Assembly: GCA_963813535.1 (NCBI GenBank)
Contig: CAWEZH010000003.1
Span: 448,001-512,000 of the forward strand
Direction of reading: 5' to 3'
Source of the DNA: an uncultured Chloroflexia bacterium
GTDB taxonomy: Bacteria > Chloroflexota > Limnocylindria > Limnocylindrales > CSP1-4
DNA: 64,000 nt
In this document: piece by piece, positions 9,550 through 19,055 of the stretch
Numbering within the stretch: position 1 is the stretch's first letter
Layout of the letters: every line of letters begins with the position of its first letter
Position numbers and translations under genes: made by a program
Notes under the pieces: generated by a model
What the model saw: only the letters and a program-made list of their open reading frames with translations
What the model was told of the DNA's origin: nothing
The model's database searches: none

Positions 9550-12251
9550 CGCTGCGCGTCGAGCGACTGCGCTCGCAGGTCCCCGAGGGCGTGCTGACGA
9601 TCGGACTCGATCCGGTCAGGCTGACGTGGCGGCTCACCGCGGACCGGCCGGACGCCGTCCAGCTCGGGTATCGGATCGACGCTGCTGCGAGCCCGGACTT
9701 CGACGTGATCCTTGCCACGACCGGCGACCTCGATCACGACGACCAAGTGGCCGTGGTGGCGCCGGGTGACCCGCTTCGTAGCCGCGAGGTGCGTCACTAC
9801 CGGGTCCGAGTCCGTGACGGTTCGGGCTGGTCGGGCTGGAGCGACCCGTTGCGTGTCGAGGCCGGGCTGCTCCACGCGGACGACTGGGTGGCACGAGCCG
9901 TCACGCTGCCGGACGACCCAGGCAGTCATCGGCAGGCGCCGGCACCGATGGTGCGTCGAGGCTTCGACGTCCCGGGGCCCGTGACCCGGGCCCGTCTCCA
10001 CGTCACCGCGCTCGGGCTGCACCGGGTCACGATCAACGGACGGCCGATCTCGGCGGACCTGCTCGCGCCGGGCTGGACGTCATACCGCCACCGTCTCCTC
10101 GCCGACACGTACGACGTCACGGCGTTCCTGACCGCTGGGCCGAATGCCATCGGGGCGGTCCTCGGCGACGGATGGTATCGAGGCCGCCTCGGCTGGCAGC
10201 CTGGGCACGAGCGGTGCCACTACGGCGAGCAGGTCGGGCTTGTCGCTCAGCTCGAGATCGACTGCGCCGATGGCAGCCGGGTCGTGGTCGGCACCGATGA
10301 GGATTGGCGGGCCTCGACCGGGGAGATCCGATCCGCCGACCTCTACGACGGGAGCACGACCGACCTCCGGGAGCGCCGTCCCGACTGGGACTGCCCTGGC
10401 TTCGACGACAGGGGCTGGGCGAGCGTCGCGATCGTGCCATTCGACGGCGGAGGCATCGAGCCCCGGACTGCCCCGGCGGTCCGCGTCGTCGCCACGTTGC
10501 CGGTCGACCGGTCGCCGCGTGGTGACGGGCGATGGGCGCTGGACGGTGGCCAGAACATCTCCGGTTGGGTCCGACTCCGGGTCCGTGGGCGGCGCGGCGA
10601 CGCCGTCACCGTGCGGCATGCCGAGGTGCTCGAACCGGATGGCTCCCTCCACACGCGGGCCCTCCGATCGGCCAGGGCGACCGACACCTACGTGCTCGCC
10701 GACGACCAGATCGTCACGCTCGAGCCGGCGTTCACCTTCCACGGCTTCCGGTACGCCGAGGTCGAGACGAGCGCCGAGCTGCTCGACGCGGAGCTGGTAG
10801 CGGTCAGCAGCGACACGCCGCGCCGCGGGGACTTCAGTTGCTCCGAGTCCGCGCTCGTACGCCTCCATTCGAACGTGGTCTGGTCGCAGCGCGACAACTT
10901 CGTGTCTGTGCCGACAGACTGTCCGCAGCGCGACGAGCGACTGGGCTGGACGGGCGACGCCCAAGCGTTCGCGAACACCGCATCGACGCTGTTCGATGCG
11001 GAAGCCTTCTGGCGGAGCTGGCTTAGCGACCTGGCGCTCGATCAGCATCCGACACTCGGCGTGTCCACGGTCGTGCCCGACGTGGTGATCGATGGCGAGC
11101 CCCGGTTCGGCCGCGCGGGTTGGGCCGATGCGGCGACGATCGTGCCGTGGTCGGTCTATGAGGCCTACGGTGATCTCAGCGTGCTCGTCGACCAGCGCGA
11201 CAGCATGGCGAGATGGCTCGAGTCGCTCGAGGCCCGGCGAGGGCCGGACGGACTGCTCCCATCAGCGATGCAGTTCGGCGACTGGCTCGATCCGGACGCG
11301 CCGTCCGATCGCCCGTGGGAGGCGAAGGCCGATTCGACGTACATCGCCAACGCGTTCCTCGTGCACAGTGCCCGCCTTACCGCGGATGCCGCTCGGGCGA
11401 CAGGCGCCACCGCGCTCGAAGCGCATGCGCGGTCCGTTGCCGATGACGTGGCGCCAGCGACCTGGGGCAGGTGGCGCGATCACGCGGTCACGACGCAGAC
11501 CGGCTGCGCCGTCGCGCTCCAGCTTGGCGTCGCGCCCGGCGAGGAGCGATCTGAGGTCGCCGCCACGCTGGCACGACTCGTCCGCGAGGCCAACGGGCGG
11601 GTCGCGACCGGCTTCCTGGGCACGCCGCTGGTGCTGCCGGCGCTCGCGGAGTTCGGGCACCTCGACGAGTGCTACCTGATGCTGCTCCGGCGCGACGACC
11701 CGTCGTGGCTGTACCAGGTCGAGCAGGGCGCCACGACCGTTTGGGAGCGCTGGGATGCCATCCGTCCGGATGGCTCGATCCACCCCGGGACGATGGCGCC
11801 GCCACCGGACATGACCGGCTCGGACGGGGGCCACATGCTGTCCTTCAACCACTACGCCTATGGGGCTGTGATCGACTGGGTCTACCGTCACTTGGCCGGT
11901 CTCGCCCCTGACCGGGAGCGGCCGGGCTACCGGCACGTGGTGTTCGCGCCTAGGCCATGCGTCGGCATCGACTGGGCGCGCGCCTCGGTCGAGTCGCCCT
12001 ACGGGCCGATCACGACGGAGTGGCGGATCGAATCAGGCGGGCTGGTCGTCGAGATCGACACTCCGATCGGGACGACCGGCACGTTCATCGCACCCGCGAC
12101 ATCAAGCTCGACCGTCTCGCTCGACGGCGAGACCGTCCAACCCCGCATCGACCTCGGGCCGGGTCGGCACCGCCTCCTCGTGACCGACCCGGCCCTCGCC
12201 GATCCGGCGCGGCATCGTACGCTCGAGGGCGAGGTGGTGGTTCGCGCGTGA
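9546..12251 (+). CDS. Alpha-L-rhamnosidase (GH78)
   Basis: LAPGWTSY, FTFHGFRY, PTDCPQRDERLGWTGD, GATTVWERWD, SFNHYAYG. Confidence 0.95.
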   Translation: MTLRVERLRSQVPEGVLTIGLDPVRLTWRLTADRPDAVQLGYRIDAAASPDFDVILATTGDLDHDDQVAVVAPGDPLRSREVRHYRVRVRDGSGWSGWSDPLRVEAGLLHADDWVARAVTLPDDPGSHRQAPAPMVRRGFDVPGPVTRARLHVTALGLHRVTINGRPISADLLAPGWTSYRHRLLADTYDVTAFLTAGPNAIGAVLGDGWYRGRLGWQPGHERCHYGEQVGLVAQLEIDCADGSRVVVGTDEDWRASTGEIRSADLYDGSTTDLRERRPDWDCPGFDDRGWASVAIVPFDGGGIEPRTAPAVRVVATLPVDRSPRGDGRWALDGGQNISGWVRLRVRGRRGDAVTVRHAEVLEPDGSLHTRALRSARATDTYVLADDQIVTLEPAFTFHGFRYAEVETSAELLDAELVAVSSDTPRRGDFSCSESALVRLHSNVVWSQRDNFVSVPTDCPQRDERLGWTGDAQAFANTASTLFDAEAFWRSWLSDLALDQHPTLGVSTVVPDVVIDGEPRFGRAGWADAATIVPWSVYEAYGDLSVLVDQRDSMARWLESLEARRGPDGLLPSAMQFGDWLDPDAPSDRPWEAKADSTYIANAFLVHSARLTADAARATGATALEAHARSVADDVAPATWGRWRDHAVTTQTGCAVALQLGVAPGEERSEVAATLARLVREANGRVATGFLGTPLVLPALAEFGHLDECYLMLLRRDDPSWLYQVEQGATTVWERWDAIRPDGSIHPGTMAPPPDMTGSDGGHMLSFNHYAYGAVIDWVYRHLAGLAPDRERPGYRHVVFAPRPCVGIDWARASVESPYGPITTEWRIESGGLVVEIDTPIGTTGTFIAPATSSSTVSLDGETVQPRIDLGPGRHRLLVTDPALADPARHRTLEGEVVVRA

Positions 12252-12359
12252 CCCCCACAGGCACCACTTCGCACTCGGCTTGAGGCCGAGCGCTCACGCC
12301 ATCGCCATTGACTGGGCGAGCCGCACGTCTCAACCTCGGGCTTCCGCGCGGGATGAGGT

Positions 12360-13304
12360 GTGATGCGGCGTCCAGTCGCGATCCTGGGAGCACCATCGAG
12401 CATCGGCCTCCGCCCAGACGACCGGAGCGGTGAGCCTCAACACGTAGATCGGGCACCCGGGATCCTTCGCGGACTCGGGCTAGCGAGGCGGCTCGACGCC
12501 GCAGATCTCGGCGACGTGGTGCCTCCGCCCTACGTGGACTTCACGCGTCCGCCCGGCCGCGCCAGGAACGAAGACGGATCGCAGACGTATAGCCACGAGC
12601 TCGCGGCCGGCGTCGAGGCTGGTCTCGACCAAGGTCAATTCGTGATCGTGCTGGGAGGCGATTGCAGCATCGTCCTGGGGTGCTTGCTCGGTGCCGGTCG
12701 GCACAGCGGCCAGGTCGGACTCGCCTATGTCGACGCCCACGCAGACTTCGCGACGCCCGAGCAATCGCAGACAGGGTCTGTTGCAAGCATGGGTCTCGCG
12801 CTCGCGGTCGGGCGTGGGGATTCGCCGCTCGCGAGGCTGGCCGGCGTGGCCCCGATCGTGCGTCCGGAGCATGTCGCGCTGATCGGGCGACGCGATATGG
12901 GCGAACCCAGCTACGGCCACGAAGCTCTCCGAGTGTCCGGCATCCTCGACCTACCCGGTCCCGGCCTCGAGCCAGGGGGCGCGGGCGCGACCGCGTCTGC
13001 CGCGCTGGCTCGGGTCGGATCGAGCGAGGTGGCCGGGTTCTGGATCCTGGTGGACGCTGACGTGCTCGACCCGCTGGTGATGCCCGCTGTGGGTTCGCCG
13101 GAGCCGGGCGGGCCAGGGATCGACGAACTCGCCGCATTCCTTGCCCCGCTCGTGAGCCATCCGAAGGCACTCGGCATGGCACTCACGCTCTACGATCCCT
13201 CGCTCGACCCGGATCGGACGTGCGCAGCACGGCTGGTGGAGCTGCTCGAGATCCTCGTCGAACGTCAGCGCGCCACCGGGAGCCCCAACGATGCGTCGAC
13301 TTGA
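12360..13304 (+). CDS. Arginase/ureohydrolase family protein
   Basis: GGDCS, YVDAHADF, VDADVLDP, PEPGG motifs. Confidence 0.88.
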   Translation: MMRRPVAILGAPSSIGLRPDDRSGEPQHVDRAPGILRGLGLARRLDAADLGDVVPPPYVDFTRPPGRARNEDGSQTYSHELAAGVEAGLDQGQFVIVLGGDCSIVLGCLLGAGRHSGQVGLAYVDAHADFATPEQSQTGSVASMGLALAVGRGDSPLARLAGVAPIVRPEHVALIGRRDMGEPSYGHEALRVSGILDLPGPGLEPGGAGATASAALARVGSSEVAGFWILVDADVLDPLVMPAVGSPEPGGPGIDELAAFLAPLVSHPKALGMALTLYDPSLDPDRTCAARLVELLEILVERQRATGSPNDAST

Positions 13305-14202
13305 CATCATCGGCGCACCGAGCAGCGCCGGGGCGTATGCGCCAGGTCAGGAACGAGCTCCCGAGGCGTTCCGCGCCGCAGGTCTGCCGGCGACCCTGCG
13401 CGAGCGTGGCATCGACGTCAACTACCGGGGCGATGTGCCAGGTTTTCGCTGGCGGGTCGATCGAGCGAACCCTCGTGCCATGAATGTCGAGGCCGCCACG
13501 GGCGTGGTCCTGGCGGTCGCAGGTCGTGTCGCGGCAAGCCTCGCGGAAGGCGCGTCGGTCCTGGTGCTCGGTGGCGACTGCACCGTGGAACTCGGTACGG
13601 TCGCCGGGGCCTCCGTCGCCTGCGAGGATCTCGGGCTCGTCTACATCGACCTTGACACGGATCTGAACACGCCGGACAGCGTCGAGGACGGTGCCCTCGA
13701 TTGGATGGGCGTGGCCCATCTGCTTGGCCTGGAAGGGACGGTCCCAGCCCTCGCCGGCATCGGTCCGCGGACGCCGATGATGCGCCCGGACCAGGTGATG
13801 CTGTTCGCCAACGACAACTCCACGGCGTTCGAGCGTCGGATCATCGACGAACGAGGGATCCAGGAGGTCCGGCTGGCGAGCGTGGCGGCTGACCCAGCGG
13901 GCGTTGCACGCGGCGTGGCCGAGGACTGGGCGCGACGGTTCGAGCGTCTCCTGGTCCACGTCGACGTGGACGTCCTGGATTACCTCGATCTTCCGATCGC
14001 CGAGGAAACGCGCCGAAACAAGGGGCTTCGCTTCCCGCAGCTCGTGGCCGTACTGCGGGAACTCGTCGCCGCACCGAATTGGGTGGCCTTGACCATCTGC
14101 GAAGTCAACCCGGACCACGGCGAGCCCGAGGGCGCCACGATTCGCACGTTCAGCGACGGCTTGGCCGACGTCCTATCTGAGGCGAGCACACGAAGGAGTT
14201 GA
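13291..14202 (+). CDS. Arginase/ureohydrolase family protein (altered metal site)
   Basis: GAPSSAG, GGDCT, YIDLDTDLNTP, HVDVDVLD, EVNPDH. Confidence 0.85.
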   Translation: MRRLDIIGAPSSAGAYAPGQERAPEAFRAAGLPATLRERGIDVNYRGDVPGFRWRVDRANPRAMNVEAATGVVLAVAGRVAASLAEGASVLVLGGDCTVELGTVAGASVACEDLGLVYIDLDTDLNTPDSVEDGALDWMGVAHLLGLEGTVPALAGIGPRTPMMRPDQVMLFANDNSTAFERRIIDERGIQEVRLASVAADPAGVARGVAEDWARRFERLLVHVDVDVLDYLDLPIAEETRRNKGLRFPQLVAVLRELVAAPNWVALTICEVNPDHGEPEGATIRTFSDGLADVLSEASTRRS

Positions 14203-14203
14203 C

Positions 14204-15019
14204 ATGGGATCGTCTGCAACCCCGATCGCGCGGCGACCGCTGCTCACGTTCTTCATCGCCTCGCTGGGCCTCGGGTGGCTCTTGACGCTCGCGTCGGCGC
14301 AGCTCGCGTCGAACCCGGTCCTGCTACCGCTGATCGCGATCCCCGTGAGCTACGTCCCGGCGCTGATCGCCTGGGTCGTGCTTCGCGTCAGTGGGACCCA
14401 GGAGGAGCGGGATGCGTGGCGCCACCGCCTGACGCGTGTCCGCGTCGGCTGGCGGTGGTATGCGGTGGGCCTGGTCGCGCTCCCACTGGTCCACCTGGCT
14501 GGCGTGGGCATCGCGACGCTGTTCGGCGGGGTCTTCCCGTTCCACCCGATGTTGCTCGCGCTGTTCCCGCTCTTCCTCGTGACCAACTACGGCGAGGAGA
14601 TCGGTTGGCGGGGCTACGCCCTACCCAAGCTCCAGGAGCGGATGACCCCACTCGAGGCAGCGCTGGTCCTCGGGGTGATCTGGGGGGCGTTCCACTGGAT
14701 CGCACTGGCCGGCAATGCAGACGCCCCGATCGCGTACATGGCGGTGGGTACGGCGCACCTGGTGGCGATCAGCGTGATCATGTCATATGTGTTCAACGGT
14801 TCGGGCGAGAGCGTGCCCGCCGTGACCGTGCTGCACGCGATGTACGACACGGTCGCCATCGGTGTCGCTCCGCTCATCGAGACGACCGTGCCCCTCCTCG
14901 CGTTCGCATCGACCGCGGTGATCGCTTGGATCGTCGCCATCGCACTCGTCATCCGGACGAGGGCCGAACTCGGTTTTCCGCGCGACGAGTCGAAGCGCGT
15001 TGAGTCGGTCCCCGCCTGA
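14204..15019 (+). CDS. CPBP family intramembrane glutamic endopeptidase (Abi/CAAX protease)
   Basis: EEIGWRGY, WGAFH, LHAMYD motifs; multiple TM helices. Confidence 0.9.
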   Translation: MGSSATPIARRPLLTFFIASLGLGWLLTLASAQLASNPVLLPLIAIPVSYVPALIAWVVLRVSGTQEERDAWRHRLTRVRVGWRWYAVGLVALPLVHLAGVGIATLFGGVFPFHPMLLALFPLFLVTNYGEEIGWRGYALPKLQERMTPLEAALVLGVIWGAFHWIALAGNADAPIAYMAVGTAHLVAISVIMSYVFNGSGESVPAVTVLHAMYDTVAIGVAPLIETTVPLLAFASTAVIAWIVAIALVIRTRAELGFPRDESKRVESVPA

Positions 15020-15194
15020 GCAGCCCGGTGTATCCGACGGTGATCAGGCGTAGCGGTTCGCCGCAGGACGGTGCGATACATCCTCCGGCTACCTGGCCGG
15101 TGGCGAGCAGCGCGGCCGAACGGGCCCTCGACCGGCACCGCGGCCGGCGCCACGTGTGTAACGTCAACGGCACACAGAACGTCGTCCGCATGTC

Positions 15195-15647
15195 ATGAAG
15201 ATGCAACGCATCGCCGCACGTGCGCTGACGGTGGTCGGCATCGTGGCGCTGGGCTGGTTCGCGCTTGCCGTGCCCGCGATGTTCGGGCCGATGGGCCCGC
15301 TCGTGATCATCCTCCGTGGGCCCTACGGGCTGATCGCGGTCCTGGCCCTCGTAAGCGCCCGCGGACTGTGGACCGGGCGGCGCTGGGCGAGGCTGCTCGG
15401 GCTCGTCGGATCGCTCCTCGCCCTCGCCTGGGCGGGATTCGACATCGTCCAGTACTGGCCGGGCCCACTCAGTGCGCTCGGCGATCCGAGCGTCTGGTAC
15501 AACTGGGCGCTCCCGGATATGTGGGTACCGCTCCCGATCGCCGTCGGCGGGATCATCGCTCTGGTCGCGCTCGCGCGAGGAGACGCTCGTCGGCCAGTCG
15601 ACACCGCGGACCGGGTGCGACCTCAGTCACCGCCCTCAGCTCGCTGA
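15195..15647 (+). CDS. Hypothetical integral membrane protein (~4 TM)
   Basis: Hydrophobic ORF; preceded by GTAAC...CGTC resembling an ECF-sigma promoter (~15158-15186). Confidence 0.6.
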   Translation: MKMQRIAARALTVVGIVALGWFALAVPAMFGPMGPLVIILRGPYGLIAVLALVSARGLWTGRRWARLLGLVGSLLALAWAGFDIVQYWPGPLSALGDPSVWYNWALPDMWVPLPIAVGGIIALVALARGDARRPVDTADRVRPQSPPSAR

Positions 15648-15704
15648 GTCTGGTCGGGGCGAGAGGACTCGGGCCGATGGACCTACCTCATCCACCGTCG
15701 TGCG

Positions 15705-16193
15705 TCACGCTGCGGGCCGCGGCTCGAGGATGACCACCGCCGTTTCCCGCGGTCGGCGCGCTGCCCAGCTCGCGAGCTCCTCCTCGCCGTCGTACTCGGC
15801 CCAGCGCGCCCACAGGCGGGGCCGCTCCTCTGGTGTGGCGGCACGGCCACGGACCGCGCGCGAGCCGTCGGTCAGCACGACCGTGGTGTCGGGGTTCGCC
15901 TGGAGGTTGAGCCACCACGCCGGCTCCGGTTCACCCCAGCCGTTCATGGCCATGGTGACCAGATTCGGACCGTCCTCGAAGTAGCCGAGGATGGCGTGTC
16001 GCTCGCTGCCCGTGCGACGACCGATCGTCTTGAGCCGCATCATCCCCCACCGCTCGGGCGTCTGGCGACGGAGGCCGATCCGGCCGAGCGTGAGGGCGTA
16101 GATCGCGCGATGGATCGTCCAGGCGGCGCTGATGACCCAGCGCGGCGGGAGTGGTGCGCGGCGACCGTGATCGGTCGTGGTGGGACTGGTCAT
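15705..16193 (-). CDS. Deazaflavin (F420)-dependent nitroreductase family protein (Ddn-like)
   Basis: LKTIGRRTG, PAWWLNLQANP, RETAVVILEP. Confidence 0.88.
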   Translation of the reverse strand: MTSPTTTDHGRRAPLPPRWVISAAWTIHRAIYALTLGRIGLRRQTPERWGMMRLKTIGRRTGSERHAILGYFEDGPNLVTMAMNGWGEPEPAWWLNLQANPDTTVVLTDGSRAVRGRAATPEERPRLWARWAEYDGEEELASWAARRPRETAVVILEPRPAA

Positions 16194-16423
16194 GTCGTGC
16201 CTCCTTCTGGGGACTCATATCGAAAGACGTCGTCGAGTGTCACGCCGAATGCGTGGGCGATCTGGAACGCCATCTCCAGGGACGGCGAGTAGCGACCCTG
16301 CTCGATGGCGATGATCGTCTGGCGCGTGACGCCGACCCGCTGGGCGAGCTCGGCCTGGGTCATCTCGCCGGCCTCGAACCGCAGGCGCCGGATCTGATTG
16401 CTGATCCTCGTGGGCTTGCCCAT
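16190..16423 (-). CDS. XRE-family HTH transcriptional regulator
   Basis: MTQAELAQRVGVTRQTIIAIEQGRYSPSLEMAF. Confidence 0.92.
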   Translation of the reverse strand: MGKPTRISNQIRRLRFEAGEMTQAELAQRVGVTRQTIIAIEQGRYSPSLEMAFQIAHAFGVTLDDVFRYESPEGGTT

Positions 16424-16427
16424 CGGC

Positions 16428-16871
16428 CTAGAAGCCGCGTCGATAGGCGGCGAGCTTGACGACCGCCCCGACCACCGCCGACACGACGAACGCGAGGTAC
16501 ATCGCGTTCGCGATCCAGAAGTAGTCGAACTCCGCGACTGTCAGGACGAACGGCACGACCATGCCGACGCCGAGCACCGTGCCCGCGAAGTACTCGCCGA
16601 AGCGCCCGATGTCGCGGTCGCGGACATCCGCATCGTGACCTTCACCGTGACCCGCGACCTCGTCCGAGATGCGGCCGGCGATCTCGACGACGATGCGACC
16701 GACGATGGCGAGTGCGATGCCGATGCCGATCGACCACAGCATCGTCGGCACGTAGTCGATGTCAGCCGGCGCGGTCTGGCCGAGCTGCCCGAGGGTGATG
16801 ACGAGGTACGCGGCGTAGGTGACGACGATGACGACCAGGTAGACCCATTGGCCCCTCTCCTCGCTGGACAT
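16428..16871 (-). CDS. Membrane protein (DUF2178-like, XRE-associated)
   Basis: 4 TM with DVRD loop; co-oriented with XRE gene. Confidence 0.75.
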   Translation of the reverse strand: MSSEERGQWVYLVVIVVTYAAYLVITLGQLGQTAPADIDYVPTMLWSIGIGIALAIVGRIVVEIAGRISDEVAGHGEGHDADVRDRDIGRFGEYFAGTVLGVGMVVPFVLTVAEFDYFWIANAMYLAFVVSAVVGAVVKLAAYRRGF

Positions 16872-16884
16872 GCATCCGCTCCGA

Positions 16885-16949
16885 TGTAAAGGATGTTTGA
16901 CATCGGCGAATGTACGGTATGCCTGACATCATGTCAAGGATGATTTACA
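16885..16949. promoter_or_regulatory. Three 18-bp palindromic operators (TGTCAA-N6-TTGACA-like), probably XRE autoregulation
   Basis: tgtaaaggatgtttgaca 16885-16902; tgtacggtatgcctgaca 16911-16928; tgtcaaggatgatttaca 16932-16949. Confidence 0.65.
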
Positions 16950-16971
16950 CACGAGGCAGCGAGATCGGCGC

Positions 16972-18369
16972 GTGGTCCTCCACACTGGGCGGGTGCCTCG
17001 TCGCCGCCGTCTCCTCAGCGCACTCCAGTTCTTTCCCCGCGGCGGCTCGTCGCACGTCGCCCGCGCGCTCGCTCTGGAACTCCCGTCATATGGCTGGGAC
17101 GTCACGGTCGTCTCTGGCTCACGGACCGACCTCGAGGCGTTCGGCGACGCCGCGAGCTTCTACGCCGGCCTCGAGGTCCATCCCGTGTCCTTCGACGAGG
17201 CGCTCGCCTCGTCCGACCCGCTCGACCCGCCGCCCGGGGCCGTGCCGATGCACCCGTCCTTCGAGGACCGTCCCGGCGCTCCGGACCGGGTGTTCGCCGC
17301 GCTAGATGACGACGCCTACGAGCGTCAGGTGACGGCATGGGCGCGCGCGCTGGCCGCCGCCGGCGCCGCCGACGCCGACGCACTGCACCTGCACCACCTC
17401 ACCCCGATCCACGAGGCGGCGTCGCGCGTTGCGCCGGACGTCCCGGTCATCGGCCATCTGCACGGCACTGAGCTGCTGATGCTCGAGGAGATCGCGGGCG
17501 GACCGCCCCCTGGCTGGACGTACGCTGAGGCCTGGGCGCAGCGGATGCGCGACTGGGCGAGCCGGTGCGAACGGCTGATCGTCCTTTCGCCGTCGGAGAT
17601 CCCCCGCGCCGAACGTTTGCTCGGACTCGACGCGGACCGACTGTTCGTGCTGCCCAACGGGTTCGACCCGCGTGTCTTCGTCCGCCGCGACGTCGATCGC
17701 GCGGCGTTGTGGCGAGACACGCTCGTCGAAGCGCCGCGCGGCTGGCTCCCGGACCAGGACGCCGGCACTGTGCGATATCGAGGCGAGGACCTCTCGCCGA
17801 TCGTCGACGGCGCAGTGGTCCTCACCGTCAGCCGCTTCACCTCGGTCAAGCGGCTTCCCCTGCTCATCGAGGCCTTCGCCCAGGCCCGCGACCGCGCGCG
17901 GGCCGCCGCCGGTCTCGTGATCGTCGGCGGCCATCCGGGCGAGTGGGAGGGAGAGCACCCAGCCGACACGATCGCCAGGCTCGGCGTGCGCGGAGTCTTC
18001 CTGGCCGGCTGGTACGACCACGTCGAGGTGCCGGCGTTCCTGTCGGTGGCCGACATGTTCGCGCTGGCCTCTGTGCGCGAGCAGTTCGGCCTCGTGCTCG
18101 TCGAGGCGATGGCGTGCGAAGTGCCGCCGATCGCCGTCGACCGCTTCGGCCCTGGCGAGATCATCGCCGACGGCGAGACCGGCTGGCTCGTGGAGCCCGA
18201 CGACGTCGGCGGCCTCGCCGCCGCGCTGCTCGAGGCGATCGACGACCCCGCCGAACGGGCGCGTCGTGGCGCCCGCGCGCACGCCGTCGCGCTTGAGCGC
18301 TATGGCTGGCCCGCACTCGCCCGGCGCTTCGCCGACGTGCTCGACGGGGTCGTGTTGGAAGATCCGTAA
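16972..18369 (+). CDS. Glycosyltransferase family 4 (GT-B)
   Basis: VLPNGFD, SRFTSVKR, SVREQFGLVLVEAMAC, ETGWLVEP. Confidence 0.9.
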   Translation: MVLHTGRVPRRRRLLSALQFFPRGGSSHVARALALELPSYGWDVTVVSGSRTDLEAFGDAASFYAGLEVHPVSFDEALASSDPLDPPPGAVPMHPSFEDRPGAPDRVFAALDDDAYERQVTAWARALAAAGAADADALHLHHLTPIHEAASRVAPDVPVIGHLHGTELLMLEEIAGGPPPGWTYAEAWAQRMRDWASRCERLIVLSPSEIPRAERLLGLDADRLFVLPNGFDPRVFVRRDVDRAALWRDTLVEAPRGWLPDQDAGTVRYRGEDLSPIVDGAVVLTVSRFTSVKRLPLLIEAFAQARDRARAAAGLVIVGGHPGEWEGEHPADTIARLGVRGVFLAGWYDHVEVPAFLSVADMFALASVREQFGLVLVEAMACEVPPIAVDRFGPGEIIADGETGWLVEPDDVGGLAAALLEAIDDPAERARRGARAHAVALERYGWPALARRFADVLDGVVLEDP

Positions 18370-18407
18370 TTGGACGGGGCCGAGAACTGCACCCCGACCG
18401 CAGGCGC

Positions 18408-18791
18408 TCAGGCGTCGGCAGCCCGGCGCAGGCGCTCCAACTCGCGCCGCAGGCGCTTGCTCGGCCGGCCCTCCCCCCGGATTCGCGTGAACGATGGTTC
18501 ACCCTCGCGCACGACAGGCGGGCTGTGGTCCACGTAGCAGGTCGCGGCGACAGCGGCGCCGACGCGCGACTCGATCGGCCGCGTGACCTCGACGTCGCGC
18601 CGGCGATCGGCGATCAGCGCCTCGACCCGATCGCCCGCCCGGATCTTCGTCGAGGGCTTGGCCGACGAACCGTTCACGAGGACGTGGCCGGCCTCGCACA
18701 TCTGGCTCGCCAGAGGGCGGGTCTTCACGAGGCGCACCGCGCACAGCCAGCGATCGACCCGCGTCTCTTCGGGAGCAAGGGGACCCGTCAC
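18408..18791 (-). CDS. S4-domain RNA-binding protein (Hsp15/HslR-like)
   Basis: RVDRWLCAVRLVKTR, GRPSKRLRR; GTG start at 18791 (longer ORF runs into the tRNA). Confidence 0.85.
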   Translation of the reverse strand: MTGPLAPEETRVDRWLCAVRLVKTRPLASQMCEAGHVLVNGSSAKPSTKIRAGDRVEALIADRRRDVEVTRPIESRVGAAVAATCYVDHSPPVVREGEPSFTRIRGEGRPSKRLRRELERLRRAADA

Positions 18792-18878
18792 GCGTCCAAG
18801 GATGGCATGGCTCGCAAAGGCGTCGCGGCGTCCCAGCCGCCGGCCGCGCGGAGCCGCGGCTCGACGATGAGGTAGGAA

Positions 18879-18955
<77 letters not shown>

Positions 18956-19055
18956 ACCGAAATGCTCGTTTGACAGAGCCTGCGGATGATAGCAAACCGC
19001 CCGACGAAGCGGCCGGAGCCGCCCCGTCGGGCGTGGATCGCGTCGAGCCCGACGT

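Noticed and set aside
12252-12359. Guanidine riboswitch upstream of the ureohydrolases
   Set aside because: Only one short hairpin (ctcggc-ttgag-gccgag); no paired ACGR loops or ykkC consensus
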